Of a stretch of 64,000 bases of DNA, positions 61,711-64,000 are shown piece by piece (the stretch's first letter is position 1; every line of letters starts with the position of its first letter). A model generated the notes under the pieces. The model was not told where the DNA came from. It saw only the letters and a list, made by a program, of their open reading frames with translations, and searched no databases. The position numbers were made by a program, and so were the translations under genes. This DNA comes from Azolla caroliniana (lineage: Eukaryota; Plantae; Polypodiophyta), in assembly GCA_043228905.1 (NCBI GenBank), contig JBHGNT010000006.1, forward strand, positions 12,214,001-12,278,000, given 5' to 3'.

Positions 61711-64000
61711 ATATTATCGTCTTCGGAGGTCAAATATGACCTATGAGACCAAAAATATTACATGTCACGTGATACGTGTGAAGGTGAGTAGCGACTCACG
61801 ATGCTCAAGAACTTTGCCAATGAATGTTGCAATCGAGAGTGCACATCGTGGTTGTGAGAGAAATTCGTGCAAGGATTGGGCTCCAAAGAGATGTGGAAAG
61901 CATGGCCGAATATGATCAAAGGCAGAGCATTGTATCAAAGTGTGATACTCAGACTCTCGGACTTGTTTAGGGCAAAGTGTGCATAGTCGGTCACTCTCAT
62001 CACTTGTGCCCCAACGCCCCGTCTCACATCTCAATGCATGCGAGCTAAGTCGCATAGAAGCAATGGTTCGAATGGCAGATATTGGGATGGGCTCTAATAT
62101 GTAGCGATGTGTACGGCTTCCCCGTTCCGCGAAGAATATGGTTTTGTAGTTAGGTGCAACATTTATGGTATAATGTGTGAAGCGTGAGCCACCACATTTT
62201 TCCCATGTCATGATACATTGGCGTTGCAAAAAGGCCTCATTTACAGAGGAATCTAGTGACGCATCATGAAGCAAGTGTCTTGCATCCCATCTACCAAACC
62301 ATTTTTCTAAATCTTGCATCCAACCGGAACACAAAATTTTGCTTTTATGCGTCTTTTGGATCTTTTTGCTTGCTTCCCATGCAATTCGAGGAAGTCGATG
62401 TGCGGGGCTTTTTTGAATTTTAAGCATGTATTCAACAACCCTTTCCATGGCCATGACCTCAATGGGAAGTGATCCCGTCTCAAGGAGGAGGAGGTTGTAG
62501 GGCGTTTGTTTCTTAACTTGTAGAAACTTTGTGAGAAAATGTTTTTGGACATTTTCAAACTCTTTCCAAGTAGATTTAGGGATGCTACCGCCCCATATTT
62601 CCACCCCATAGAGAAGAACCGGGGTCACCAAAGTGTCGAAAAGATATTTCTTGAGGACCCAACACTTAATATCTCCAAGATTGCATGTGTTCTCAAATGC
62701 ATAATATGCACGCTTACCCGCCTCTAAGCGGCGTGTAGCACATTCATTCCATTTATGATTTGAAGGAACTTCAAGGCCAAGATATTTGAAGCTTTCCACA
62801 CATTCAAGTGGCTCATTGTTGTACATAATGCATGGTTTATCTCTTTTTTGACTCTTCACAAGCATAATCTTTGTTTTAGAGCTATTGACACTTAATTTAG
62901 TATGCATGCAAAATTTTTCCAATGCCTTCATAAGCTTTTGTGCATCTCCTAAAGTATTTGCAAAAAGCACTACATCATCCGCATATAACAAAAGCATAAT
63001 CACCACATTCCCAATGGCAACTTCTTCAACACATTCTTCCTTTACAAACTTGGCAACCATTTCTTCTAACTCATCAATGCATAGACCAAATAATGTTGGT
63101 GAGAGTGGGCATCCTTGCTTAACACCAATAGTGCTATTGAAAAAATCTGAAAGTCTATCTCTCATACGCACACAACATATAACCTTCTCATATATTCGGG
63201 AAATTGCAAGCATATATTCACTTGGCACCTCAAGTTCTTCCATTCGCCTCCAAAGATGCTCACGAGGTACCATATCAAAAGCTTTCTTGAAGTCTACAAA
63301 GCAACAATATAAACCTTTACCTCTAAGGCGACTTTCCTCCATTAATACTCGAAGAGTGACAAGATGATCAATTGTGCTATGGTGTTTTCGAAAGCCAGCT
63401 TGTCCATAAGCTCTCTTACCATTTTTTTCTGCCCATACACTTATCTTTAATTCCATTATACATCCAAATAACTTTGCCATTAGTGAGCCAACCATGATGG
63501 TTCGATAGTTGTTTACATTATTTACATCTCCGCCTTTATGAAGAGGTTTAATCCAATTTGTAGTCCAATCATATGGCATACCATGTTGCAATGCATCATT
63601 AAACATATCGCATATCCATATATGTGCTTCCTTTCCCGTCCATTTGAGCATTTCAGCTTTTATACATTGAAGATCACTTGCCTTTCGAGAGGCCAATTTC
63701 TTAAGCCCTATGCATATATCTTCAATTGTAAAGAAGGGAGACATATGTGAAAGAGAACCATAACACATCATCTTTCCGGCAAGAGATAACTCATATAAAT
63801 TTTTACAATGCATAGACAAGTCATGAAGAGTTAAGTCACCATAACTCTCAACACGTTTACCCTTTAGATTTCCCCAAAATTTAGCACATGCATGTGCTTT
63901 CTCTTGCGTTTGGAGAAGTTGTTGAGTAACTTCCCATATTCGTCTCTTTCTTTGAATAAGCCTTTTATAGTCATGCAAATGCTTTTGATAATTTTCTTTA
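61687..64000 (-). mobile_element. RTEX-like LINE, 3' part with probable (TATC)n tail
   Basis: RT motifs QAGFR, FVDFKKAFD, GVKQGCPLSP, YADD, FKYLG; short 3' UTR; (GATA)5 on + at 61687-61706. Confidence 0.88.
61765..63999 (-). CDS. LINE ORF2 (RT plus C-terminal CCHC zinc knuckle), 5'-partial and uninterrupted
   Basis: More than 737 codons with no stop, open to the window edge; CTLC...EYHTLIQC. Confidence 0.88.
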   Translation of the reverse strand, partial: KENYQKHLHDYKRLIQRKRRIWEVTQQLLQTQEKAHACAKFWGNLKGKRVESYGDLTLHDLSMHCKNLYELSLAGKMMCYGSLSHMSPFFTIEDICIGLKKLASRKASDLQCIKAEMLKWTGKEAHIWICDMFNDALQHGMPYDWTTNWIKPLHKGGDVNNVNNYRTIMVGSLMAKLFGCIMELKISVWAEKNGKRAYGQAGFRKHHSTIDHLVTLRVLMEESRLRGKGLYCCFVDFKKAFDMVPREHLWRRMEELEVPSEYMLAISRIYEKVICCVRMRDRLSDFFNSTIGVKQGCPLSPTLFGLCIDELEEMVAKFVKEECVEEVAIGNVVIMLLLYADDVVLFANTLGDAQKLMKALEKFCMHTKLSVNSSKTKIMLVKSQKRDKPCIMYNNEPLECVESFKYLGLEVPSNHKWNECATRRLEAGKRAYYAFENTCNLGDIKCWVLKKYLFDTLVTPVLLYGVEIWGGSIPKSTWKEFENVQKHFLTKFLQVKKQTPYNLLLLETGSLPIEVMAMERVVEYMLKIQKSPAHRLPRIAWEASKKIQKTHKSKILCSGWMQDLEKWFGRWDARHLLHDASLDSSVNEAFLQRQCIMTWEKCGGSRFTHYTINVAPNYKTIFFAERGSRTHRYILEPIPISAIRTIASMRLSSHALRCETGRWGTSDESDRLCTLCPKQVRESEYHTLIQCSAFDHIRPCFPHLFGAQSLHEFLSQPRCALSIATFIGKVLEHRESLLTFTRIT

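Overview
Plant (probably fern-like; inferred from TE types and the gene) nuclear DNA, roughly 85% nested retrotransposons, around one intact host gene. The gene has two coding exons and encodes a ~1243-aa coiled-coil protein of the WEB/ICR-like At5g16730 type (34916-39192, +). Left block: a three-level Ty1/copia nest (Tork/Tnt1-like element A 784-17274 > element B 4871-16292 > element C 10249-15927) followed by a patchwork of copia, gypsy and RTEX-like LINE fragments. Right block: a copia remnant with solo LTRs, a truncated chromodomain gypsy carrying copia D (45212-50247), a chimeric copia E with non-matching LTRs and no TSD (51518-57324), truncated copia F, and an RTEX-like LINE whose ORF is uninterrupted up to the window edge. 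Most notable observations: (1) four different gypsy-type LTRs carry a tRNA-like A-box/B-box cassette near the U3 start, three of them antisense and pointing outward; (2) element E looks like the scar of an inter-element recombination deletion; (3) the B/C copia family has two PPT-like tracts that bracket an in-frame ~150-170-aa charged Pol tail; (4) the innermost nested element has LTRs more divergent than those of its host. All identity counts were made by eye and are approximate.
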